DNA from: Priapulus caudatus
Lineage: Eukaryota
DNA: 20,000 nucleotides
Reading direction: 5' to 3'
NCBI RefSeq assembly: GCF_000485595.1
Contig: NW_014577080.1
Coordinates: 843,685-863,684, forward strand
Shown here: positions 1-12,232 of the stretch, one piece after another
Position numbering within the stretch: position 1 is the first letter of the stretch
How the letters are laid out: each line of letters starts with the position of its first letter
Position numbers and translations under genes: made by a program
The notes under the pieces: generated by a model
Told to the model about the DNA's origin: nothing
What the model saw: the letters and a program-made list of their open reading frames with translations, nothing else
Databases searched by the model: none

Positions 1-857
1 GGCGTTTAGAAGTATTCGTAACTCTTTTAATTTTTGCATGTCATGTGGGGCCAGACTGCAAAATTCGGCGCACAATAATGGTATACTAAACAGCACTGTT
101 GCTGTCGGTCAGTTGGTAGCTAGGAATCCAGGGACAGACATAATGATGATAAATTTATTGATGATAAGTCGGCTGGTTGCCGAGAATGACATCCGTAATC
201 GATAATCTCGTCACGAGGTGAGAACGAAAAATCTTAGCCATGGAAAAAAAACTTAAACGTTGGGTTTGATGTTGAAACAAAACACGAGTTATGTGTGCGT
301 GTGCATGTGTAAGTGAGTGAGTGAGCGCATGCATGCAAGCATTTAAGCGCAATATGCATGCATTCGTGTGTGCATTGTATTTTCACAGATCGATGGGTCT
401 AGATTATAATATACAAAATTTGACAATATTTGACTTATAATGTAACATACACATGTCATATAAAAGCCATTTGGCTATCAATTATAAATAATAGTTTTAG
501 TCTGTGATATCTAGCTTGTTGTGAATGCCACCATCCTAGTAACAATTAACAACTTGCTAGGTTTCCCTCTATAAAAATCTATTATTAATTATAGTGCCAC
601 CTAGCTAATTGACTGAGGAAAAAATGTAGACCTACACCAATAGCAACCCATAGAGCAGGAACCTATAGCCAACAACACAAGCATAAAATAAATAAATAAA
701 TCAAGTTAGACCCAAAACAAAATGGTACACACGTTCTAAGATGAAAAGAAATACCTCCACCAGGCAGTCACACTAGTAGCAAAAATATAATTGAATCGTT
801 AGGACAGAAAATTCACCAAAATACCAAATTCTACCAGACTATCGCAATTAGCACTAC

Positions 858-1146
858 AGGTGCGTGTGCGCGCACGTGCGTACGTGCGTGCGTGCGTGCG
901 TGAGTGCGTTTGTGTCTCCCTCTGTCTCTCTCCCTTTCTTTACCTCCAACTCTCTCCCCTCTCCTTCTATACGTGCGTGCGTACGTGTGTGTGTTTGCGT
1001 ATAAGTGTGTGCATGCGCGATTGTATGCATGTGCGTGCGTGCGTGTGCGTGTGAGTGTGTATGCGTGCGTGCGTGCGTGTGTGTGTGACTGTGTGTGCGT
1101 GTACATGTCCAGGAGCGCATGCGTGCATACATGTGTATACATGCGT
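858..1146. repeat. Compound (GT/GCGT)n microsatellite
   Basis: Visible low-complexity tract. Confidence 0.9.
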
Positions 1147-1203
1147 GTAAATGGCTGAGCAAATACGTGCATACCAGTATAAAAGTTGGTGCCCGTACAT
1201 ATG

Positions 1204-1361
1204 TCAACCTATGAATGCATGCATGCACATTATATTACTGACTACAAAGACACCATGGTCAAAGTATAGGTAGCCACTACCAACCACAAACCTGGATGAT
1301 TTTGAGCCTCTGTCTTTTTTCCTATGACTGGAACGATCATTTTGCATAATTTCCCTCTCAC
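1204..1361 (-). CDS. Sulf1: Probable Sulf1 exon 21 ([23 protein letters not shown]...)
   Basis: tattcag| in phase 1. It either splices at 1292 (AG|gtttgt) to a further exon or reads through to TGA at 1204. Confidence 0.5.
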
Positions 1362-4300
1362 CTGAATATCCCAAAAACTTAAACATATAACAACAATATT
1401 TATCTAGCATATTATGCACCTATTCATAAAAACCATTGAAAAATACGCCGACTATCTAGTCTTGTAAGTTTTTAGACGTGATTAACAGGCGATTCGATGT
1501 GCCAGCTTCGAAAACTTCAATGATCAACCGCCTTTGGGATCAAAGAAACACATTATTTTATTCTGCCATTCTACGATTGCTATTCTGATATTAAAAATAG
1601 GCTATTGGATTCACTTTGTTTTTGTTTTACCTGTAACAGCAGGTGGCCTATAGCGAATGGTGCACTCCCGCGACCCCTGGCATTTGCGTAGCTTGTTTAG
1701 GGTGGCATGCATCACCTGCAATATGCTCTCATCCACGTCCTGCAGTTGGTTCACCAGCTAGAGAGACCAAGAGCAAAACATGATACGACTGACAGATGTC
1801 AACGGAGAAACAGCCCAATACAAATAATTACTGTTATGGCAACTTTGTTTGCATGGAGACCGTGTTTGACAGCTTCCAATTCTTTTAGGGGGTTGCAGTA
1901 GGTTTTTATAATTTACCCTTTGTAATACGCTAATACGCATGTAAATGTATTTCCGTGTGACACATGCACAATAAATCTCGATTACAAAAATGCAACTATT
2001 ATTATTATAAGAATGTTTTCAACTTACACGTGAACTACTGTATCATGCGCACCTAGGGGCAGAAATCATAAAGCCGTTTCGTGCTATTAAAGTGAGTAGA
2101 ATGCCCCTGACATACCATACTTGTACTCTCTGCCTCAATTTTATCACACGGCCACGGGTTATAGGTAGTATCAAACCAAGACGTTACAGAGTAGCACACA
2201 TGACACCTCACCTGGTAGGGATCATTTGTGAGATTGTAGAAGCTAAGAAATCCAGTGATAAACTCGCAGTAGAGGAAGTTGTGCGTCTCGTTGATCGTGC
2301 GAATACACCAATACGTGTTGTTGTTCGACTGCTGGCACGAGCAAAATGGTCCCACTACAAGTACAAACACTATACACTGTACCGGGGAGAGGGAACAGTG
2401 AAGGGGGTAGGGCCCATTCCCAATGCATCAAAAGTTCCAGGTCAAGAAATCGGCCTTTCCGCGTCCCAGTTAACTTCTGTTCCCGAATTACTACAAATGG
2501 TTTTTTCCGGGTTTCCAGAGAATTATGTGGTCCCATCCTGCAATCCGATAATAACGGTCTCCCCCAACGGCTGTACTACATGCATATAAGGTAGACGGTC
2601 ACCGAAATACGAGCAAGCTTGCCTGTACCCATGATTTCACTGTAAGCAATATCAGAAGTGGATTACACAAATGCCTTATTCTGTATCTCTCTCTCTTGGT
2701 GTCATGTGTTCTCATCTCACTCTTAGCAATATGAGCTGAATAGTACGTATCAGGGCACGTGGAAACCTACAACCTGAATGCATTCCCTTCCACGACGTTC
2801 CATATTTCATTATTCCTTGACGAAATCACGAAAGGGACAAAAATGGGCAATAGCTGGAATAGAATATAGCTAAAGAGAGATATGATATATCCACTGGACG
2901 GAAACAACCCTGAATACAGCATAACAATGGCGGACGGGGAAGGAACGAAACGTACGCGTCCACAGCGGAGGCGTCCGCCAGTGGTCGTTATCGTGAGAGA
3001 AGCAGTTGATATTCTTGAGATTGCAGAAGTCTTTGGACTTGCTGTTTTTCCTCTGCCTCTTCTTCTGCCGCCGCACCTCGGCATTCAGTTCTTCTCGTGA
3101 CATCATCGCCTTCTTGTTGTCCTTCTTCAAACCTCTCCTGTTGTATCTGAATGAAACGGTCACATGACTGCTCAGTAATGATATATACGACCCAACCGTG
3201 TTTGTCCGACATTTAAAAAAAAACATCTAAAGGAGGAGAAATCCCAGAGATTTCTGCATAGTATCTATTTTTTGAAGATAGTTTTTCTCTATTTGTTTCG
3301 AGACTCTACTCAGCAACGTGTGCATGGCAATTAACATTCCACGTAAGAGCCTATATATACCGTGTGATCAGATCAGTGTGTCGTATAAAGTGTGATCACG
3401 ACAAATCTAGATAGAGTTCCCTTTACACAAACATGCTACAGATAGTGACATGCCAGCTCCCATTGATTGTAACGAAGCTTATTGAGTGATGACACGGAGG
3501 GAGATACACGATATACAAATATATTATATATATAAAATATAATATATATATATATATATTATATATATCAAGAGTAGACAATAGGGAAGGAGTGTGACTT
3601 TAATAAACAAGGGAAATTCGTCATTTACTAGCCTTAGAATACCTACAATTTACTACGCGTAGACGTAACTCAACCAACTTGAGCTCAAATCGTACACAGT
3701 ACATTCGCCTAGCATCGTGCGAAATCGTTTCCTCATATACACCCGCGATCCGAAGATACAGACTAAAATGTACGACACGATTATCCATTCTGTTGCCATC
3801 AATCCGAACGTATTGTCCGCCTGACTTGAAACAAAAGGCAGCTACTAACGCTCGGCGATGCGGTGTGGCTCGCTGGGATATTGGAGCTGGAGCTGCTGCT
3901 GATTGCGGTGGGCGTGCGTGCGTGGGGGGCATACCAGCTGTATGCCGGTATGCCGGTATGTAGCTGTATGCCGGGTCAGAGGTTATCTCGCCGAGTGTTG
4001 CATCGATGTCCAATCTCCCAGCGAGCCACACCGCATCGCCGAGCGTTAGTAGCTGCCTTTTATTTCAAGTCAGGTGGACAATACGTTCGGATTGATGGCA
4101 ACAGAATGGATAATCGTGTCATACGTTTTAGTCTGTATCTCCGGATCGCGGGTGTATATGATGAAACGATTTTGTACGATGCTAGGCGAATGTACTGTGT
4201 ACGATTTGAGCTCAAGTTGGTTGAGTTACGCATAGTAAATCGTAGGTATTCTAAGGCTAGTAAATGACGAATTTCCCTTGTTTATTGAAGTCACACTCCT

Positions 4301-7300
4301 TCCCTATTATCTACTCCTGATATATACACACATATATAATACAGGATTGTAAAACCAAACGACGCAAACTCGTAACCCATTTTTAATAGTAAAAGTAGCA
4401 ATAACATTTTCAGCCTCCACAAGAAAGAGGCTTTCTCTCTCCTTTGCAGCAATTGGTTTCTTAGCTATAGCGTATAAATGGAAGCGGGAAAACACGAAGA
4501 ATGAACAGATATCAGTGCAAAGTAAGTAGAAGCAGCCAGCCAGGTGTAATGCACCGAAATGCACCGGAACTGTAAGTCAAGTGTGCGCGTTACACGAGCG
4601 GCCATGCAGGGGTACGCAGTGCACGACGAATCACCTATAATTTTGCTTGAAGATATCAAAATCTTTTTTGTCGCGATATCTAAACGGCGGATGGCGACCC
4701 TTTCGTCCGGCTCTCGACCACTTTGCCCTTGAAATTCACGCAAATCCAGGATGAGGTGAGTATTACATAGGCTGTGTGGGGACAGCTATTATACAGTGTG
4801 TTAGCTATGAAAAATTATTAATACCAACTACGTGTAACCATTAGTTTAGACTAGTTTACTTTATCTAATAGTTACATTAAACGTAAGAAAAACCAATGAG
4901 ACATTTTGGTACACAGAGAACACTTAAACATAACAACAGTGACTGCTTATAATTACAAAAATGTATTAAAAAAATATTTTTGCAATAACTTGCTCAACTA
5001 ACCTCTGTTTGTCTCTTCCTCTAACCACACCGTATTTGCTGTTTCCACCCAGCATGATGTCTATGTAATCGTCAGCCTGTTCGTGATAAAGGTATTCGTT
5101 ACTTAACAGTTAATAACAGTCTATTTTTATAGAAACTACAGCAATTTCTAGTTCAATATTTGGCTTAATAAAAAGGTGGCATGTCTGCCATTGACACTTT
5201 ACCTGTATTTTAATTATTATAAATCACATCGATCAGATATATCTCTCAGTGTCTACATCTTCTCTCACCTGGTCAGTGTTCGAGCAAGTGTGTCCCGTGG
5301 TACCCACTAACATTCATTATTAATTATACCATCAGAAAAGCGTCGAGCTTCACGAGCGAGCAGTTCTTACAAAATAGGGTTGCCGCACATGAAACGAACA
5401 CGCGGGTACAATGTAATGGCGTCTATCGCAGGCGCACACACCTCCACGACGTCATCGGTTGTCCTACCCTCGGAGTCGCACACACACGGCTGCCCATCGT
5501 CCTCATACCTGCTGAGAGCCGGTCGCTGGTCCTTCAGGTGTTGCCGGATGTCCTGGTGACAGTAATTAATCGTGACATCAGCTGAATCGATAAAACGACG
5601 CTCGAAAGTCAGCGCACGCCGGCACTGATCTATCCGTCGGGCATGATTGGCGGGCAGTTCCAGCCAATCAGCCAATAGACATTCCGATGGGGCATTCTAA
5701 AACAACACTTAGTAATAACGCACTGCTAGGTTAACATCTTGATGTTCACCATGCTTAGCCGTGTTTAAACCGTGTTAGCTCGATAGGTTATCTCGCTCAG
5801 GCAAATATCGTTACTGTCTGTCTACAAGACAGCTTCATCGTCTGTCATTTTCATTGTCCATGTTTTCGCTGCCCCTCGTTTGCAGTATGGTGGGGTGAGT
5901 GACGGACAGCGACGTACTTTCAATTGGTCCAGCTCCTGCTTGTAGAAGCGTATTCGCCAGTCGATCGTCTGCTTGTGCTTCTTCCACACCTCGACGTCGC
6001 TGAAGATGTGCGGATCGCACTCGACCGAGTTGTTTGGATACGTGATGCAGCCGGCGTCGGGTTGTGCGGCAGCTGTAAAAGCTACCCGAGCGATAATCAC
6101 AGCTAGCTGCTTACAACTTACTTACTCAAGCCACTCCAAACTCTGTGTGCATGGCTGCGCAATTTCACTCTTAATCGTTTTTCTTCGTCGATGTATTCTT
6201 AATTAATGATTTTAGCTGGAACGTGGGGCTGCGGTTACTGCCACAGATTTCTGGTTATCACAAGAATGCTGCACATTTTTGTTCTAGGCAAATGCCTGTG
6301 TCATAATCCAAAAACGCTTATATGACTGGCCACACATGGCCACAGTAATATTTGTTAACGTCTGGAATTATTGATATTAGTAAAGCTGCTTTGTGAATTT
6401 CCATATGGCGAGGTTATTAAACACTGCAAATCTTCTGATATTGGGAAAATCAAACCAAGTTACTCTCATCCACTAAACATTTTAGAAATGATGTAACTGG
6501 TTAGGAAAGTTGTAATGCTTACTTCTGTTAGTAACTGGTGGTTGCCATCCTACTATCGTCTCATTGCTGGCTGCAGTCACAGAATTTTGATAATTTCCCA
6601 ATCGGCTCTCTCGATTCTCGCGAGCTAGCTTTCTCCTTTTCTCCTTCTTCTTCTTCTTTTGCTTCTTTTTAAGATGCTGCAATGATGTCAATACAGATTG
6701 ATATCAAGTGTACTAGAGCCGCGTACATTTAGGTTAAAACTGCTATAATAAAACGATATAGCGACACCCATAACATCACATTTTTATAAATAATATCTCG
6801 CAGTTTTACGTATTTACCCAACTGGAGACCTTTAGTACAATCTTAGCACAGCACATATACAGCGCAGCCGTGATTCAACATAAATTTGTAATGCTGTAAA
6901 TTTAATCGCTATGGCGACTTACAATTAGAAATTTCGCAGACGATTGCATTCATAAAGTATTAGTGCATAATATAATTTGTATCTACAGGGAATATAGAAA
7001 CGGCAAAGGATCATTATTTCCCTAAATTGGTATTCGATCATCTTCATTACACTCACTCTCTGACGTTTCTCCAAGTTACGAGGAAGCCTCTGCCTTGGTG
7101 GTTTGATGAACATCGGATTAAATTCTACAAACAACACCGTGAACAGTCCATTAGTTGCTTCTTATTGTCAAATTATTAACAAATATAAAAGGAATCAATA
7201 TGTTTTCTATGTAGCAGGATTATTCATAACGCCATTAAGGGAGCAATTTTTTGGCTATTATTGGCTTATTTCTGAAAGAAGCACATCCGTAATAAATATA

Positions 7301-8055
7301 TTGAGCAAATCTGATATATAATAGATAATTTTATCCAAAATGTGCCACCTCCTCCGGCCATCGGTTCTGTGAGTGGCCAGGTAAAAAAGACAAAAGAGAT
7401 CATCCACCACCTTAATCCAATAGGTAAATCTCATAGTGGTGTACCTTTGGATTTGCCTTTACCCTTGCTAACGTGCTGCTCCAGGAAGGCTCTCTGCTTG
7501 CTCCTTTCACTACGCACCTCCTCTTGTTCAGCCTTCTTACTCCTGCAAACACACACGCCTGTCTTCATGCTGCCATGTCTACACTTGTGCTTTCTCCAGC
7601 GCCCGCCCTCATCGAGGATGCACTCGAATTGCTAGGGAGAGAAGACGGCAACGGTGTTACACAGACAGTCGAGCCCAGCTATGCGAGGAAGACAATGAAA
7701 AGAACGTGGTGAGACGACACTCGAGCTGTTTACAAAACACGAGTGAACGCTACTTTCGCGGGATGCCTAGAACAATTATCGTTTGGTGATTTCATTTCAG
7801 CGTAGTAGGAGATAACCGGCAGTACCAACCCACAATTATATACCAAGTCATTGATTTGTTGGGTTGAGACTTGCAGGTAAATTCTATTATAGAAACCCCT
7901 CTAATCCATGGCGGTAGCACTAAATTTAGGTTATGGTATGGGTTAGTGTTAATAAATAAGGTTAGGGTTAGGTGTTAGTGTTCGGACTAGGTTTAAGTTT
8001 GGGGTGATTATGATGATGATGATGATGATGGTGATGATGGTGATGATGATGATGT

Positions 8056-8107
<52 letters not shown>

Positions 8108-11100
8108 GATGATGATAATGATGATCATGATCATGATTATGTATGGACGTGGGGTTTTAAAGTAGACTAGAGTCAATAAGTGCTACTGTTTATCTAGTTG
8201 TTCACCTGGTGCATGATGCATGGGCTTGCATATTCAGGCTTTGAGCACTCCTTGGCCAGTCGTGCTTCCTTGCTGAATTCCCCTTTGTTCTCAAGCCGCA
8301 CTAAATCCTTCAGCATCTTGTTCGTGACCTTTCTGTAACGGACACGCAACGAGAAAAACAACATGCAGAAAGCCATGAGGCAAATCGATTTAATTTCGAA
8401 ACACAATCGAGGCGTGAAGAAATTGCTAAATGATCGTAACGATCTTGGTTTTATAACTAAATTCCGATTAGATTTCACAGAGAAGACAAGCTTTGAAGTT
8501 GAGATGAGCAAGATCGAATTATAAATAATAAATTTTACATTAATAATGGATTTTTACATACAAAGACAGCAGGAAAGTATATGGAAAAGGAAATAACATA
8601 AAGTAGTATACGTGAGAACGTGATGCTAATGACTAATATGTGTGTTAAGTAAAGACTGAATCGTGTATGAATGCGCTAGGGATAGGAATGTACATAAAAT
8701 ACAATTTACCCCCTTGACACTAAGAAGGTGTCACGCCATGCTTTCTTCATCTTCATTGTGCCATCTATTATGTTGCTGTCCTCCGTGCCACCTAAATGTA
8801 TAGAAAGAAAACATATAGCAGCATTATTGTCATGCACACAGATACGCACCGCGCACGCACGTGCGCACGCACACACGCACGCACATGCACACACATATAC
8901 GCACACACGCACGTGCGCACACACACATATACGCACACACACACGCACGCGCACACACACGCGCACGCACGCACGTGTGTGCACACACAAACCAGCAAAC
9001 AGTTTTCAAATAAGGATATGCCACACTGTCTCATAAAGACCTATATAGAACAACTCACCATGAAACAGCTTCTTGAAAGACCTTCCGTCCATGTGATCAG
9101 GCACCTCGATCCCTGCCATGTCCAGTATGGTAGGCGCCACATCAATGTTGCCAACAATGTTTGGAATGCTGCAGCATAATGAGTCAAATTCACGCGGAAT
9201 ATTGATACATCCGTTAAAGATCCGGTGTATGGTTTATCACGTCTTAATTGCCAAAGAGCGGGAAAACGAATGAGTCGCAACAATTCAACAATATTATGTA
9301 TTTACTTACACACTGCCCATAGTTTCAAGGTTATGGGTGATAATAACACACAAAGAGCTTCTTAACCCTCAGTCAATACTTACGAAACTCCTTTGGGTAT
9401 GCCAGGACCTCTGATATACATAGGCACACGGATATCAAACTCATAGGGCATGGACTTGCCCTTGACAAGGCCAAAATGGCCAAGATGGTAGCCATGGTCC
9501 GAAGTATAAATGATGTAAGTGTTGTCTAATTCGCCCAGTAGCTTTAGTTCTTCTACAATCTGGTAATGAATATTTTAACTATTTTTAGTATGTTATTTAA
9601 CTCAACATCAGATATGGTGTGGTGAGATTGAATGTGGTAAATATATAAACATTGTATGTAAGCAACACCTACTTATCTCACGATTATGTTGCACAAATAT
9701 TTGATAAGAATGGAGAGATCATGTTTAGTTTGCACATAGATATGGTGACATATAGATCAATAATTCATCAAACCCTATAAAAGCGGCAAATTCTGGGAGA
9801 GAGAGAGAGACAGAAAAAGAGAAAGAGAGGGAGAAGAGTGAGAGGAAGTCAGAAGTGGTACGAGGGAGAGGAAATGGAGTGAGAGAGAGGAGGGGAGAGA
9901 GAGAGCGACAGAGCTCTGATGATTGCAATAAAACGCGAAAGACGCCCTTCAAAGCAAGATCGCCACCGACACCAAACACCACGCGAAAGAAGTACGCAAC
10001 AGAGCAAACTCGCCTGACCAGCAAGCCCTCGTGCGGGGAGGCCGTCGGACGATGCCTCCGCACGTCGCGAGAGAACGCGTCCGGGGGAGACCACCCACCT
10101 TTTCGACGGCGTCATCGACAGACTGCAGAGTCTGCAGACGCTTGCGGTGCAGCATGCGCGTGAACTCATGGTGAATCGGCTCCATCTTGCCGACCTGCTG
10201 CAGCATCCATTGCTTGTCTGGATTCGGCGCATAGTCGTAACTCAACAGATCCCTGCGAAGACCACGAGCCACACTATTAACGTCACGATCTCACTGCTGC
10301 CGTAATTAATCATATATCTATGTAATACATCTACATAAGATAACGTCAGGGGTTAATAATGACAAATTATTAAAAATTTGTCAATCATGACGAATTTGTC
10401 ATTATTCACCCCCTGATAACGTAATACTTACCAGGAGTGAATGGAAACACTCTGATTTTCAGACACAACCAAATTTTCACCCCCTGATATCACTCATATT
10501 TTCGACTTATTGTCATAGGAATAATCTGTGAGGTGTATAAAACTATTAACGCTGTGCCGGTTTCAATTTTATATGCGTTGTCATGGCAATAACGATTCTC
10601 TCTGGTTGTAATAACAATAGGCCCACCTAGTATGAGTGGTCAAGCTGTTTCTCTATGAAAGCATCTAGAAGATAACTAGGACTAGCCTGGAGTTTCATGA
10701 AGCGTGGTGGTTTTTGTATTTTATGGTAACAAGAGCCGCAGAGCGTCTGGGCTCATCTGAGGTCTGTTGCTACGATTATAAACGTAAAATTTCAGTCGTG
10801 CGTAGTACCACATTTGTTAGGCGCAGATATGCAGACACGCAGTTGCGTACACATCATTGTTAGGACACGCCCACTATCGCAGATGGAGGTGTGGGGGAGG
10901 GGCTGGGGGAGGGTGGGGGAGAGGCAAGGGGGAGGGGGTGGGGGAGGGGAAGGGGGAGGGGTGGGGGAGGGGCTGGCTAATAGCAAAAGCAGTTCACTCC
11001 TTGTTAACAGGTCAACCAAATCCATAGTTTAAGCCCTCCTCTTGAAGGGTGCCCAAAAAGGGTTAATGCCGACACCTTACTCTTCGCGATCGTCAGCAGA

Positions 11101-12195
11101 AGGGACATTTCATGGTCCTTTCAATAAGCCATAAAAATGCTAGGTTCACACGCTGCACAACAAAAAAGTTTTTCAGATCAGCTCCGTCAGAGAATGTTCC
11201 TCAGAAAATGTCTAAAATCTTGCCCTGTGCCCATTGACACGCTTTGACGCGGACGGCACCTCCAAATTTTTTCGTGCACAGTGATGGCTTTTCCTACCAT
11301 GATGCTATACACCGACTATCACGAGCTCTAAGTCGAGCCGTTTAGATTGTGTGCCGGCAATTCTGCATTCTTCCCCGTATACCTTAAGTTAAGGAGTGAA
11401 TGTCCCCGCTGTCTTTTACACGTCTCTTGACCTTTGACCTCTGACCCCCAGCCTTCGACATCCTACTTCGTTTTGACGATCCCCCCCAACGACCCGAATA
11501 TCGTGACCGTACGTCGAGCGGTTAAGATTTGTGCCCAACTGTTGACGGACGGACGGACGGACGGACGACCGGACGGACGGACGGACGGACGACCGGACGG
11601 ACGGACGGACGATCATGCGATTCTACAAGCTGCATCTGACTATGTCAGATGAGCTAAAAACAGGGTGCCAACACGCAAAGGATGTGCAAAAATGGCAGTT
11701 CTACGGGACCAGAGCTAACCGCGATAATTAAGTGACCAATTCTCAAGTCAACTTTTCACACTTTTTCATAATAACGCAGTGCATAAAAAGCCTCAAACTA
11801 ATGAGGAATTTGTAGGGTACGTACACACACACTTACATGTAGTCGGTAGCATTAGGAAACAGATGTGCATATTGAGGAGCACTGTCTTCGGTTCCGTGCG
11901 GGGCGGGCATGCTCAGCACCATCATTACAGGTCTGTTCGGGAAATACTGCTTCGACAGTTTCAAAAACGACATGCTGTCGTTCGCTATTAGATCCGTGAA
12001 ATACTGAAAATGAGAAATAACGAGAAATAAGAGAGCGGAATGATAGTGAAAGCCCTCGTCGGGTTAGCAGCATTCTTCTGATGCCGCTGTTCTTGCTGTT
12101 GCAGCTTCTGCTGCTGCTACTGTTGCTGCTGCTGCTGGTGTTGCTGCTGCTGGTGTTGCTGCTGCTGCTGCTGCTGCTGGTGTTGCTGCTGCTGG

Positions 12196-12232
<37 letters not shown>

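Noticed and set aside
831..1228. Clusters of overlapping ORFs rich in H/T/A/R or V/C (also 8706-9179, 18018-18344, 18900-19180)
   Set aside because: Translations of CA/CACG microsatellites.
2092..2589. 165-aa plus-strand ORF
   Set aside because: Antisense to Sulf1 exon 19, GTG start, no recognisable motif.
6126..6198. Possible extra phase 1-1 exon ([14 protein letters not shown]...)
   Set aside because: Poor acceptor (attaag), only a 53-nt downstream intron, and not needed for frame; needs RNA data.
9910..9965. Possible hammerhead ribozyme (CTGATGA...GAAA)
   Set aside because: Stems I-III cannot be formed by inspection.
11544..11612. CRISPR-like or regular repeat array
   Set aside because: Simple GACG microsatellite with no unique spacers; eukaryotic intron context and no cas genes.
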